From assembly GCA_965235115.1 (NCBI GenBank), contig OZ249439.1, positions 28,148,001 through 28,212,000 on the forward strand: 64,000 bases of DNA, written 5' to 3'. Shown piece after piece: positions 45,272 to 58,200 of the stretch. The notes under the pieces were generated by a model that did not search any database, had not been told where the DNA came from, and saw nothing but the letters and a program-made list of their open reading frames with translations. Every line of letters begins with the position of its first letter. Position 1 is the stretch's first letter. Origin of the DNA: Laetmonice hystrix. Lineage: Eukaryota. The position numbers and the translations under genes were made by a program.

Positions 45272-45890
45272 CAAGGTGCTGGTTTATAATCCTAATCGTT
45301 ACGGTTCGCTCCCAGGTACATCGTGAGAACTTTACCCTGGACACTCATACCCTTGATGACTGTGACGGTTTACGTGATGACTACAATATACATGGGTGCA
45401 CGACACAGATATGATACATAATATGTACATGCGCCCTACCCCACACCCCGACCCCCAACACACACACGGCCGGAGATATGTTACATGTCACTGGACCATG
45501 ACGGCCATGAATCGCTAAGCCTGCATGTCTCGGCTACCTGTCGTGCGTGTCCATGACTCACTGATCCACCTGGTCATTTATCATACCGGTGCGTAATCTA
45601 CCCCCACCCCTACCCCCTACCCCACCCCTATACCTCCACCCCCTACCCCCACCCCCTACCCTTACCTCCATCCACCCCTGCGTCAACCCCACTCTACCTC
45701 AGCCGCGGATCCAGAGGGGGGGTTGGGGGGTTGTGACCCCCCCTGCTCTGGGTCATTTTATAATGGCAGGTTGTAATTTTCATCTATTTATTTTTGACCA
45801 AAAGGTCGTCAGTAGTGGGGCAGTGGGAGCCGCGAGTGGCGAGTGATTGGGGCAGTGCGAGCCGTGAGTAGCGAGTGATTGGGCGAGTGA

Positions 45891-46099
45891 TTGAGTAAGT
45901 AGGTGAGTGAGTGAACGATTGAGTAAGTAGGTGAGTGAGTGAACGATTGAGTAGGTAGGGGAGTGAGTGAACGATTGAGTAAGTAGGTGAGTGAGTGAAC
46001 GATTGAGTAAGTAGTTGAGTGACTGAACGATTGAGTAAGTAGACTAGGTGAGTGAGTGAACGATTGAGTGAGTAAGTAGGTGAGTGAATGAACGATTGA
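45891..46099. repeat. 28-bp minisatellite, about 7 units
   Basis: TTGAGTAAGTAGGTGAGTGAGTGAACGA repeats. Confidence 0.9.
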
Positions 46100-47707
46100 T
46101 CTCGGATCTCGTCCCAAATAGAACCGGTTTTGGTCCGATGTCCCGTAAAAAAACACCCTCCCCAAAAAAGGTGTTTGACAGTCTGATGTGTAGCTCTTCC
46201 TGCCTCCAGAGGTGGCACGAGCCAGCGTATTTAGACCGGAATCCCTGTTTCGGTTTCCCGGCTGACTGAAAGTGGGTTCAAAGGTCACACATTTTACTTA
46301 GGCGGGCCTGATGTACTCCAAATCGTCCCGAAATCGCCCTGACCGACTTGCGACTACAGCTGATTTACATCCGCAAAAATAGTTCCTAATTATTTCATCA
46401 AGATATTTCTCTTGAACGGTGAATACTTGATACTTTCGGTTTTGTGATTTTGAGACACGTTGAAATAGCATGTATCTATGCCCGTGGAGCAAACTCTCTA
46501 CATCATGGGAGATCGCACCAGTTCCAAAACTCCGTTAGATTTCAGAATGAGGAATTATCCCCCATTTTAATTAATGTGAAAACCTCGAGCTCCAAGATAG
46601 GCGTAACTTGTACGGGGGAACGTAAATTCGGCACATTTTGACCATCTGTGAAGTACTAGTATTTACGCTTTTACAACATTGGTCTAGGTCTTTTTAATCA
46701 TAGGCTAAAACACATTGTATGCACCATATTTAAATGAAATTAGATTTCCAAAACCAAAAAAAATCGGGTAATGATGGGGGTGGGAGTGAGAACGGACTGA
46801 CTATCTTTGACTATTCGGAGGCCCCCACCTCACCCTCCTTCTGTTCCGCCCAAAGAGAAAGTAGTTCTGACGAGTATGGGAACGTTATACACAGAATCAC
46901 GGTCAGCATACTTCTCAACATGACTGCAGAGATGTTGTGATGTCGAAAACAAATTGTTGGTGGGGGGCCAACTCTGTCAGAACATTTTATGTTGTGTATA
47001 TGCGGCAGTGGTAAAATGAACAGAAAGTGATATATTAACAGGGGGGCAAAATATAGTATTGTTTTCTTTTGGGAGTCCATGGCCTCTGTGCCCCCCCCCC
47101 CCCGCTTCTGACATCATTATTACATGCAGGCGCATGCATGCATGCAAGCACGCTCGCCACTACCGTCTTACGCCAGCTATGTGTAATGGAATTACCCCGT
47201 CACTGTCCTTCCGCCATTGACTTTATACTAAACATGTAGGCCTACAGTAAATACAACTTGTATGGTCATCATAACTTCTCAAATTCCAGTCAAGACCTAC
47301 TCCCTGCAAGATGATATTCTTTCAAGTGGCAAATTCCGTTTTATTTTTAAAACTAAGCCCCTCGCCCATTTTCTGATATCCTAGAGTGTCCCCTAAATGA
47401 ATAAAATGCTCAAATTGGGCAGTGAGAAAAAAAGAGAGAAAAAAAGGGGTACATCAAAACGGTATAAGCAGTCTGCCATAACTCATTAAGGAAAGAATTA
47501 TGCTGTCCCCTTTTTATGATCGACAATAAGTGCCTTATTGAAACTTACAACCTTTGCGGTTGAAGGTTGAATGAACTTTGTAATATTCCGTGATAACCTA
47601 CAAATGTTTGTTGAGGAGTACAGTATTGATAAGTCTGGCGCCTTACGTAAACATACTGTTAGTAGCTGTGAGGAGCTTCTGGAATTCATAGCACTTCAAG
47701 CAATATC

Positions 47708-47820
47708 TAACAATTAGCTATATGAGTTACTAACAATTAGCTATATGAGTTACTAACAATTAGCTATATCAGGTACTAATAATTAGCTATATCAGTTACT
47801 AACAATTAGCTATATCAGCT
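47708..47820. repeat. 23-bp minisatellite, about 5 units
   Basis: TAACAATTAGCTATATGAGTTAC repeats. Confidence 0.9.
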
Positions 47821-47833
47821 ACGACTCCTTTTT

Positions 47834-48106
47834 CAGTGGCGTATCCAGGGGGGTTCCCAAGTATCCCGGAACCTCCCCACCCCCTTAAAAAATGACTATG
47901 TTAAGGACATTTTGGTAAAAAAAAGGGGGGGTGTAAAATGCATTATTTAAACCAAAGGAAACCTTCATATTTCCACACAAGATGTCCCGAGATTGCATTA
48001 TTTGATTCTTTTTGTTAAATTTCCTAGCGGAGCATGGCCTAATGGCCATCTCTGAAGTACCTAAACTTCGGAAACCCCCCTTAAAAAAATTCTGGATACG
48101 CCACTG
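47834..48106. mobile_element. CAG..CTG MITE with 5-bp TSD
   Basis: CAGTGGCGTATCCAG..CTGGATACGCCACTG; TTTTT on both flanks. Confidence 0.85.
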
Positions 48107-48715
48107 TTTTTAAAGTCCTTCTATATATGTGATTCTAGATGTCCACTTGTGTTTTGTTTTATCTCCATTCATCGCAGGCCTTTTTAGGTGCAAGGTGCTT
48201 TTTTTTTGGCCATCGTGTAGAAGAGCAACGACCTCGAAAATTATCAGAGAATGATCCGTAGTACAACCTTCCGTCTCGAGACAAATCACGAATTATCAAT
48301 CATTGTACACATGGAGCACTTGGAAAGATAATCTGTTGTGATAATCTAAGTACGATTTGATCTGCTCTATAACAAACAAAAGACCTCATATCAATGTCAC
48401 TGTTGTCATCAAGGAGATCAGGGTGATTGCGTACAAGTACATTATATACTGTGGTTACATTCAGATATTTTGTCTACAAACGAGCACAAATGGTTGGTTT
48501 AAGTCCTGTGTCTCAATGGATTTTGTAAGGAAAGCTTTCTATGATTGGGGGGGGGGGGTAGGGGTGTACAAGGTGTTAGAGGCTCTAGCTGTGGGTTAAG
48601 GTTTCTCCTCGCATGTTCTGATCTCCTTCCATGCCTCGTGTACCCGCCTGGGTTATCAAAGACCGGACGCGTGTTCCGCTGTGTCAAGGAAGTGTTACAC
48701 GTTAAAACCCTTGCC

Positions 48716-48857
48716 NNNNNNNNNNNNNNNNNNNNNNNNNNNNNNNNNNNNNNNNNNNNNNNNNNNNNNNNNNNNNNNNNNNNNNNNNNNNNNNNNNNNN
48801 NNNNNNNNNNNNNNNNNNNNNNNNNNNNNNNNNNNNNNNNNNNNNNNNNNNNNNNNN
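48716..48857. other. Assembly gap (142 N)
   Basis: Run of N. Confidence 1.
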
Positions 48858-49140
48858 TGGGGTTCTTCCTGTGTCATGTCATGACCGCGATCTGACTAAA
48901 TGACTAACATGGCCCAAACCACCAATTTACCCCAGAAACCAACTGCATGACCTATGAATGGGATTGTACCCAATCAGACGGTAATCAGTAAGAACGCCAT
49001 GGAAATATGTCTGAGACTGAGGCCACAAACTGGCGAGTCGGCGCGTCTACGTAAACACAAGAGATAGCAGGATGTGTTCTCTGCAAATTAAAATCAATGA
49101 GGAATTTGACTTTAAGAATAAATATAAAAAAGACTATAGT

Positions 49141-49416
49141 ATACCTTCACCAACGAAGTTGGAAGGAGGGTATGTTTTCAGATATCTGTCTGTTTGGTTG
49201 TCTGTTCGCAAGATATCTCAGAAAGTAATGAACGGATTTTCATGAAACTTTCAGGTATGATTGGTCTGCTGCCAGGGACCAATAGATTAGATTTTAGGGA
49301 AGATCCGTAAGTTTTTGTGAATTCAGGATCATTTGCCAGTTCTTTACCATTGCGAGATAGACCAAAATGGAAGACTGCTGCGCCGAGGTATGCGCTCTAC
49401 TGGGCGCCCTCAATTG
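49141..49416 (+). mobile_element. Helentron-associated non-autonomous element (DINE-1/HINE-like)
   Basis: 5' ATACCTTC.. and 3' ..GAGGTAT subterminal inverted repeats, internal TGTCTGTTTGGTTGTCTGT tract, 3' hairpin GCGCTC-TACT-GGGCGC, ends in a T-rich site. Confidence 0.65.
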
Positions 49417-51584
49417 TTTTTTTTTTAATTTCCAAAGATAATTATACTGTTATCATGAGAGGCGTAGTCTAAACTTCAAACCCAAGAAATTTGCTTACAT
49501 TTTAAAATTTAAAAGCCGCCATATCCAGAAACTATAGTCCACACATAATAGAAGTTGGTATTCTTTCGTGCTCTTCATGAAAGTTTTTATGACAACGCGA
49601 TTGGAGTTTGGTGGGGGGGGGGGGGGGTTAAAAAGCTCATAATGTTCCTGTCTCCCCCCCCCCAAAGTAAGGACCCATGACCTCAAACAGGAGACACCTT
49701 GGACTCGCTGCATTATTTCATGATGCGTGACCATAGGTGAAAAGAAGGGCGTATAATATATACACACGTATATAGGTTCTAGGAACGGACGCGACCACCT
49801 CCTGGCTATACCACAGGGACTATGACTTTATAACTTCCTTCTAGGGACCATGGACCAATGCACGGAGTTTCTTCATCCGGCTATAGAAAGCCACAAAATT
49901 AATTTCCTGGATATTTTGGCTATGTCATCTTCCTTCTACATATATGTATAGGGACTAAGTGCGCCACCGTGATCTTGTCCTGTGGAATGTGTACAAAGTA
50001 TGTGTGGCTTCTCAAGTTCACCTTGAGGTGAGTCAGTCATGAAAACATCTGCTGTCTAAAATCAATGGATAGCTAGGCCTCTATATATCTCTAGGTGTCT
50101 TTATGTTGGATTCAATCACTACGCATAAAACCGCTTCCAAATTGTCACGATTCTCAGCCTCAGATAAACAGCTGGGGCAGAAACTCGGACCTCAAAGTGG
50201 GACAGAGCGAAAATCGCTGCACGGAGTTTTTATCGAGAGCGTTAAGCTTATAAATACTGGCCCGTCTTTATGCCAACATTTGGAAGAACTCCACAAGCAT
50301 GCATCAGAAATGTTTTTTGGGTCTGCAATTATAACATCAGTGGCATAAACAAGATATAAATCCAGATAAACCAGATTAATTGCAGATCTGAACGGGTCCT
50401 TGCGCCTATACGGACAAGGATTAGAATATATATATTCCTTGGATAATTTCCGGAATTTACCAAATGAGATCCCTTTTGAGAGAATAGGCATCTTCTATGG
50501 CCCTATTCCATCTATAAATGGTATGGTTAACCCCGGGTTTTCCTACTTTAATTTAGGCCTACGACCGTTACGGTTCGTATCTTCTTTGACTGCTGTTTCT
50601 CACGTACAGCCCCAACGTCTGGCTGAAACACATCTGCTCAAACCGAAGCGCCACCGCGCGGGAGTTTATTTTTAACCTCTACGTCATTTGGCCTCGATTC
50701 CGCCGTTTCTTAGAATCTTAATCAGCATCCTTTTTCTCCACTGCGTCGCCACTGTGCCATATATGTAAAGGCATGCTGGTTTGCTATCCGGAAGTGGTAC
50801 TGCATCCAGTTTGGGGTGCCCCCTGGACCCGGACAGAGACACCCTGTGACACAGTAAACCAGCTGGTCGTGGGGGTGGGGGGTTGGGGTGTCAACAGTTG
50901 GCCCAGTTACGGGGCCGACCAAGGTGATATGACGCGACTTGCACAGATCTGTGGATGACACGACCTAGCTGCATCACAGCGTGACATACAGTACGAACAC
51001 ATGTATGTACATCTAGGCCTATTGTTTGTGCGGGTCTACAGGGATTCTTATGGCTGAGAGATGAAAAACACACATACACGAATAAATATATGAATTATAA
51101 TAAATTTTAAGCTTCCAACATGTGACTTCCACGAAAGCCGACGCGGTAGCCTAGTCAGCAAAATGCTTTATTTCGAAAACATTTTGCACCAATACGAAAA
51201 TTCCACATGTAAGAGATAGGCATATAGTGTAAAAAGTTGTTATATTCAAAATAATATTTTTTCGACGGGCAAAGTTTGATTACAAGACCTGACTATACAA
51301 TTTGACCAATATAGGACCAAATGTAGGCCTACTCATAAAAAGTGATTGGCGTCGATAAATCTAGGAAGTGAACAGGCATGCTGTTGTACAATGCTTGGAG
51401 ACACGTAGACCGTATATATTTCTTTGGGTGAGAGCACCTATCTCAGTTTACTGAGTGACCTATTCGGTCGGATGACTTCACGGAAGATTTTCCTTCCACA
51501 AACATTCGCACAGCATCAGATCAGCCCTCTCTTGTGGTTTGCTATTATATATAGCTGACATGAGCAACATTGGTAGGCGTTACA

Positions 51585-52026
51585 CACTGGCGGATCCAGG
51601 GGGTTCAGGGCCCGGTTTTTTTGTTTACTTTTCCACCGTGAGCAAGGGTGAGCTGAGCTGAGCAAGGGTGAGCATGAGCTCATTCTCAGCGTTTTCGTGG
51701 TTTTTGGGTTGCTTTTTTCCATGAGGCGTGCTTATGGTGAGCAAGCTCGCGGAAAAACACCCGAAAAAACGAAAACAGTGAGCAAAACGGTGAGCATGAG
51801 CTTCTGTTTACCCTTGCTCAGCCCAGCTCACCCTTGCTCACGGTGGAAAAGTAAACAAAAAAAACGGGCCCAGGGGGTTTAACCCCCCCCCCCCCCTTAG
51901 AGCCACCAATCATAATATAAGCGCCTACTGTCCCCCACCCGTTAGGGCTCCCTCGCTTCGCAAGCTCGGCACTGTTGGCGTCTCTGTAACCCCCCCCCCC
52001 CTTGGAAAAAAACCTAGATCCGCCCC
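51585..52026. mobile_element. CAG-family MITE hosting a nested Harbinger MITE
   Basis: CACTGGCGGATCCAGG..CTAGATCCGCCCC; right end abuts the Kolobok TTAA. Confidence 0.65.
51609..51870. mobile_element. Harbinger-type foldback MITE (262 bp; family of 54969-55231; diverged relative near 26820-26980)
   Basis: GGCCCG..TTTGTTTACTTTTCCACCGTGAGCAAGGGTGAGC arms and reverse complement; TSD CAG/CAG. Confidence 0.9.
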
Positions 52027-52030
52027 TTAA

Positions 52031-52552
52031 AGGGGCATATTATGAGGAAACGTGAAAAAAACGGTATTTCAAAGAACTTTTGCTGTTCTCATAAAGAGAT
52101 CCTTCATTAAAATTGCTTGGTAAACAGACTTATCAGTTTCATTTTGCATGAGAAATCGAAGTTTATAAAGCTCCCTTGCTGGCCATCTGGAAAAACAGCT
52201 TCGCCCATCGTTTGCACGTGGCTTTTGTTGATCGATCGAGTGCAACTACTGAATTGTTTACAACTAAGCAAAGCACGTGACTAAGCACATGCAGAGAGTG
52301 CACACGCAGGATGTGACGCAGTATGCAATTACACAGGTTGGTGGGAGGTTGTCTACCAAATTGTGGCGGGAGATGTGCTGTGGAGAGAAATCTATGCATT
52401 TGGTCGTATAGAACCTACTTGTGCTGCATACGCAGCGAAAACACGTCGGAGGACAAAATGCTGTGGTAGGATTATTTACTTGGATCCCTAGTACACGGTC
52501 ATGTTGGATGATTGCCGGAAATCCTCCAAAACGTGTTCCATAGCATGCCCCT
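52031..52552. mobile_element. Kolobok-type MITE (522 bp)
   Basis: TTAA|AGGGGCAT..ATGCCCCT|TTAA. Confidence 0.75.
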
Positions 52553-52745
52553 TTAATACAGCGATTGTCCTTGCGACAATTTTGACATCACCCTTAAATT
52601 TTACTGTGATTTTGAGATTAATAGATGGAGTCCATTTCCAGAAATAGGGAAAGCCATCCAGGAAAAAATACAGAGTGAAATTCTACCATTAAATAAAAAA
52701 TCGCATAGCCGTCGCAAGGGAAATCGCCTTAGTGGATTCGCCCTT

Positions 52746-53215
52746 TAACGTAATCATTGGTACACGTCACAGTAACGTAATCATTGGTACGCGTGACAGT
52801 AACGTAATCATTGGGTACGCGTCACAGTAACGTTATCATTGGTACACGTCACAGTAACGTAATCATTGGTACGTGTCACAGTAACGTATTTATTGGTATG
52901 CGTCACAGTAACATAATCATTGGTACGCGTCACAGTAACGTAATCATTGGTACACGTCACAGTAACGTAATCATTGGTACGCGTCACAGTAACGTAATCA
53001 TTGGTACGCGTCACAGTAACATAATCATTGGTACGTGTCACAGTAACGTAATCATTGGTACACGTCACAGTAACGTAATCATTGGTACGCGTCACAGTAA
53101 CGTAATCATTGGTACACGTCACAGTAACATAATCATTGGTACGTGTCACAGTAACATAATCATTGGTACGCGTCACAGTAACGTAATCATTGGTACACGT
53201 CACAGTAACATAATC
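52746..53215. repeat. 27-bp minisatellite, about 17 units
   Basis: CACAGTAACGTAATCATTGGTACGCGT repeats. Confidence 0.97.
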
Positions 53216-53563
53216 ACATCTGGAGTTGACTATGAAGTACGGGAATGAGAAATTCTGAAAGAAAAGGTCGGAAAAAATAGTCATTGTCCTCAATATGTAT
53301 ATTTATAGTGCCCAAGCAATTTCATTGTTCTTCTGTGGTAAAAATATGCACGTTGTGCGTTTTCAATTTTCTCGAATAATGCATAGGCCTACTTTATTTA
53401 TAGGAAGGCCTATTATAGCACAAATGACGAAGTTACCCTGTCTCACCGCTACATGCCCCTCCCTCGAGTTGTTAATAATTTGAGCGGGTAAGACTATATA
53501 GATCTGTAATATTCGGGCCGATGTAACGACCCCTCCCCCCCCCCTAAAAAAACGAGACGGAAG

Positions 53564-53570
53564 GAGAGAG

Positions 53571-53626
<56 letters not shown>
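53564..53626. repeat. (GA)n microsatellite
   Basis: Dinucleotide run. Confidence 0.97.
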
Positions 53627-53630
<4 letters not shown>

Positions 53631-54968
53631 ACTATGGAACGACCTCCCCATTTGTCTAAAGACAATTGAAAATTGAAATAGGCCTACCTTTTATGAAAGC
53701 CTTAACTCATACTATGTATTTGTAATGTTGACTGTAATTGATGTATAGATTCTGTATATTACGTATATATGTATATGAATCAGGACATAGATCTATGTCG
53801 GCAAGTTGCCGTTCCATTATTCTGCTGAAGAAATATGCTATTCAAAAAAAATATACCGTTATACGACCGTATATTTGCTGGCAGAACGTAAGACGAAAAC
53901 TCTCTAAACGTTATTGTCTTTTTGAGTTCTTTTCGATGACTTTCTCTTCATTCGTCAAAACATTAATAACCGTATCTAACCTATCTAACAGCTGCTGCTA
54001 CGCTTGAATATCAAGATATCTGTATCAAAGCGGGGAGTTTCAGGTTTTGCAAAGAGAACACTATTTTCCGGGGCATATTATGTATCTTGTATATATCGTA
54101 TTGGCCTATTATTATACATAGAAATATTTCGTCGGAAAAATCTACACTTGTGACGTTTGACCTCCGTATGTGAACAATGAGACATTATCTCCAACGTTCT
54201 CGTCCAGTCATACTTTCTTTAATGTCAAATTTCTGTGTCAAATAATATATGGTCAGGAAAGTCGCAGGAGTCAAATACTGCATAAAAGTTGTGAAGTTGT
54301 CGTTTGTTTGTTTGTTAATTTCTAAGATTGCAAAAATTCCGATTTAGGCTTTGGGAGGGGGGAAACTGGACATCGATCACACCACCAGCAGAAGCAGGTG
54401 ACCTGGAAGTGCCAGGAAGGTTGCCCTGGCGGCGATGACATGAACCTTGGCTTGCCCACCAGATAGTTCCTGTCCGTTCAGGAAGCGTGCAAGGCCAGCC
54501 CGACAGCAGCGCCACCATCGGTGCCGTCTGCCGACACGTTTCCGCCCCACTGAAACTTTTCCTCTCCAATCTCACTGTTAAACCAGATTCTGCTTAAATA
54601 AGAGACGGGTTGTAGTTTGGTTGGCCAGTAACTGGTTGAATAGGAATATAGATTTGTAGGACCTAAACAGGAAAGTACGAAAGTAAGGGAGATATTTTGA
54701 TCGTCTTGTAGTTAGTTTTAACAAGTTGGTGGCAGAAAATGTTGTACACGAAATGTGCAAGAGAACCGTATATTATTGGAGGAAAAAAAACCGACAAAAC
54801 AAGTGTTAATAAAAACTTTTCTTTATTCACAAAAGATCATATATACCCAATATAAATTAGTGTTGGATATCTCATATAAGATGGCATAAAGAATACACAA
54901 TTGCACACACACAAAAGCACTGGAATGTGAAAGTACGTACAAATACAGGATCGGGCCCCGCGGCCCTG

Positions 54969-55231
54969 GGCCCATGTTTTTATTTGTTTACTTTTCCACC
55001 GTGAGCAAGGGTGAGCTGAGCTGAGCAAGGGTGAGCATGAGCTCATTCTCACCGTTTTCGTTTTTTTGGGGTTTTTTTTCAGGAGTCGTGCTCATGATGA
55101 GCAAGCTCGCGGAAAAACACCCCAAAAAAGGAAAACAGTGAGTAAAACGGTGAGCATGAGCTTCTGCTCACCCTTGCTCAGCTCAGCTTACCCTTGCTCA
55201 CTGTGGAAAAGTAAACCAAAAAACCCGGGCC
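54969..55231. mobile_element. Harbinger-type foldback MITE in the presumed BBOX1 3' UTR
   Basis: Same arms as 51609-51870; flanks CTG/CAG; lies between the stop (55277) and minus-strand AATAAA at 54822-54827. Confidence 0.85.
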
Positions 55232-55276
55232 CAGAAGTCGGCTGTGGAGGAGTTAGTTGTAGAGATTGGCGCGGAC

Positions 55277-58200
55277 CTAGACGTCGATCTCATGCTCCAT
55301 CTGGAGGACGCGGCGTTTGGAGTGCATCTCGTCCCAGTCGATGAAGCCACCCTGGAGATGGCGTCCTCCCGCCTTCAGGGGCTGGTACCCGGAGCGACCA
55401 TGGAGCACGCGGAAGTTATGGAAGCAGATGATGTCACCTGGACTCATCTTGTACTCGACGTAGTTGTCACGGTCGTAGAGCATGTCGTCGAAGGCCTTCA
55501 TGGCCCTGTAGAGCGGATTGACGAGCTCGAGCGGCGCTGTCAAAACGTTGTCCCGAACCATGTTGTTGTATGTGATCCGGTCGTATTTACCGTCACGGTC
55601 CAGTCTGAAACAAACATACACATACTACTCAGTGGACTGCTGGGTTTTACGTAAGTCTTTGAGTCTCGAACGTTGCGAGCAGCAGGAGAGTGGCACTAAC
55701 CTGATGACAGGCTGGCGCTGGAGTTTGAAGAATTTCATGCTGCTGTATTTGGTCTCCTCGCCCAGATCGTAGTGGTCCACGCACACCTCCGTCAACAGTT
55801 TGTAGTTCTCCGGCTGCTCCTTACGCATACGTTCGGCGATGAAGAAGCCATCACAGAACTGGTTATCGCCGCCCGAACACTCCGCCTGCTTCAGACAATG
55901 AAGGAGTTGGACCTGCAGAGGGACGGAGAGAGAAATAGAAATGCTCCTTGACGTCAAAACATCCCACCTTCAACACAGCGTGACTTAGAATTAGGTGCCC
56001 CAGTGTCCCACCTTTCGACAAGGCCACTTAGGTACCCTGAAGAATTTGGCAAAATCCACTCCGGAAGGCCACGCCAGAGGCAATTTGAGGGCGAAACATC
56101 TTGACATGTGAATCTGAGAGTAGAATATTATGATGAAAGATCGCCACGATAGGCTTTTCCTGACAAAAGTCATGCACTAAAAAGTGGTCATTTGTAATAA
56201 ATAGAATAACTTGAATGAATTTATTTGGCGGAGGGGAGGGGGGTGGCTATAGGTCCCTCGACGCACCCTTTGTTCCCATGGTCTGTATACCTACCCCCGG
56301 GGTGTAGTCGTAGTAGGTGAGGTCGATGTGTAGACCGAGAGTGGCCGTGGTGTACTGGAGGTTGCTGGGGTTCTCCCGTGTCCGAACCTCCCAAAGCGAC
56401 CTGCAGCACAGAAGTCATGTCATTATGGTAAGTTTTAGACAGTCAATTCGAGAAAGGACACAAAAACCTGGCAGGTGAAGATTTAGTGTACATCAGACAT
56501 TGACATACCCAAAGTGTGTAGGTTTGAGGAAAGCGACTCGTTCTGCCAGTTTGTCCAGTTGGCCTTCCTCCTGGGGGGCGCCCTGAAGCCGGAAGAGTCC
56601 CGTCTCCTCCAGGGAGTTAAGCCAACGGTACAGGACCCTGTCGTCTGTCATCACCTGGAGGATAGAGGAGAATAAAAAATATTTGGCCCTTATTTCAACC
56701 TATTAATAGATATAGCTCCCTCTGTCTCGCGTGGGAAATAGCGAATGACCCGGGCGGTATTTTGAGAAAAAAGTCGCCTTTGACAGTGTTCCACTTATCG
56801 GTTTGACCTTAGACACTTTATATGGTGTTACTGGTGTTCAAAGGTACGTTAGTGAGGAACTTTTCTATTCCCTTTAAGTTACAATGCGCGATTCAACGAG
56901 AAATGCGGTTTGGCGACCCAAACCAGCCTGGTCCTCTGCCTACCAGACGCGTCCGCAAAATGTTAGGACAGGTGATGGGTAATTTCACTTGTCAGAAACC
57001 CGACAAGCGGAAGGAAGTTGCTCAATCACCAAGCACCCCCGCTTCCGGTGCATTGGTCAGCGTCAACGGAGTGACCGATCTCTGCTTGGAGCGTGGCCAA
57101 CATGGCCATGCGTGATCCAGTCCGTAGCCTTAAGTAGGGACCGCTGACCGGATACATCCAAAAAAATCGAGGACATTAACACTTGTATTGTAAAAGGGTT
57201 GACGACAATAACTGTATCTTGTTGGAGAAATACGGAGGATACAGAACTACCTTCAACGTTTGCGTCCGTGTTTTCGATAGGCCCGGGCCAATCAGAGCGC
57301 TCTCTTGGAATAGAGCTGGGGCCAGGAAGTGTACATTCACCCTAATGTTAACCCAATGGGGAATTGTGACGTAACAGATGATGCATGTCGTCTGCTCATG
57401 AACATAACGTTTTGATGACTAGGTCACGAGACTTACGCTCCCTATAGCTTTCTTTTTTTCTCCCATGTCAAATCGCGTCTGAAACAAACTGCAAAGAACA
57501 ATCGTGCACTGGATGGTATTTGCCTCTACCGAGTATACTGACCTCTTCGAAGGAAGCGCTGGGAATGTTGTCCTGTATCTGGCGACCCCAGAAGACGTTT
57601 TCGCGCGGCAGCCATTTGCGCCGTTGCTGCAGCGCCTGCTCGGTGAAGTTACGGCCCTCAAGCCAGGAGAACGGGTATGGGGACACGTGGCCGTCCGACC
57701 ACGCCACCTGGATCAGACGCTTCGAGTCGTCCACCTGCGGCAAACAGAACACAACATGTTTCACAGAGACGTTAGGATATCTTGACCATGCAGTCGGAAC
57801 TCTCGTCAGTTCTTTCGTATGGATACGCTGAGATTCCCATTATGCACCAAGGTAGAGGTAAGCGGGTGTTTGATCCCCCCTACATCACGTTATCTTGAGC
57901 AAGAGACCCTTTCAATTTTTGTTGTGATTTCAGCGAAGTCTTTCGGGTTCAAAGAAAGTTTCGACATCTTCCTCAACGACACCTTAAGTATGATTGTACA
58001 TACCTATGGAGCGACACTTGAAATGGAGTATATCAGGCGAAAGTACTCGTCGCGTCGGCTCAGCGTCGGCTCAGCGTCGGCTCAGCTATCTTATCGCCAT
58101 ATACGGATCAGATACTGCGTAAAGCGGTCAGTCAGCAAAGCACGATAAGAAGACAACTAAAACAGAAGCTGGTTGCTTTGTAGATACGCCCGACACCAAA

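Noticed and set aside
48545-48895. ORFs spanning the N run
   Set aside because: Artefacts of the assembly gap.
52808-53293. 161-aa and 145-aa repeat proteins
   Set aside because: Translations of a 27-bp minisatellite, open on both strands, with no gene context.
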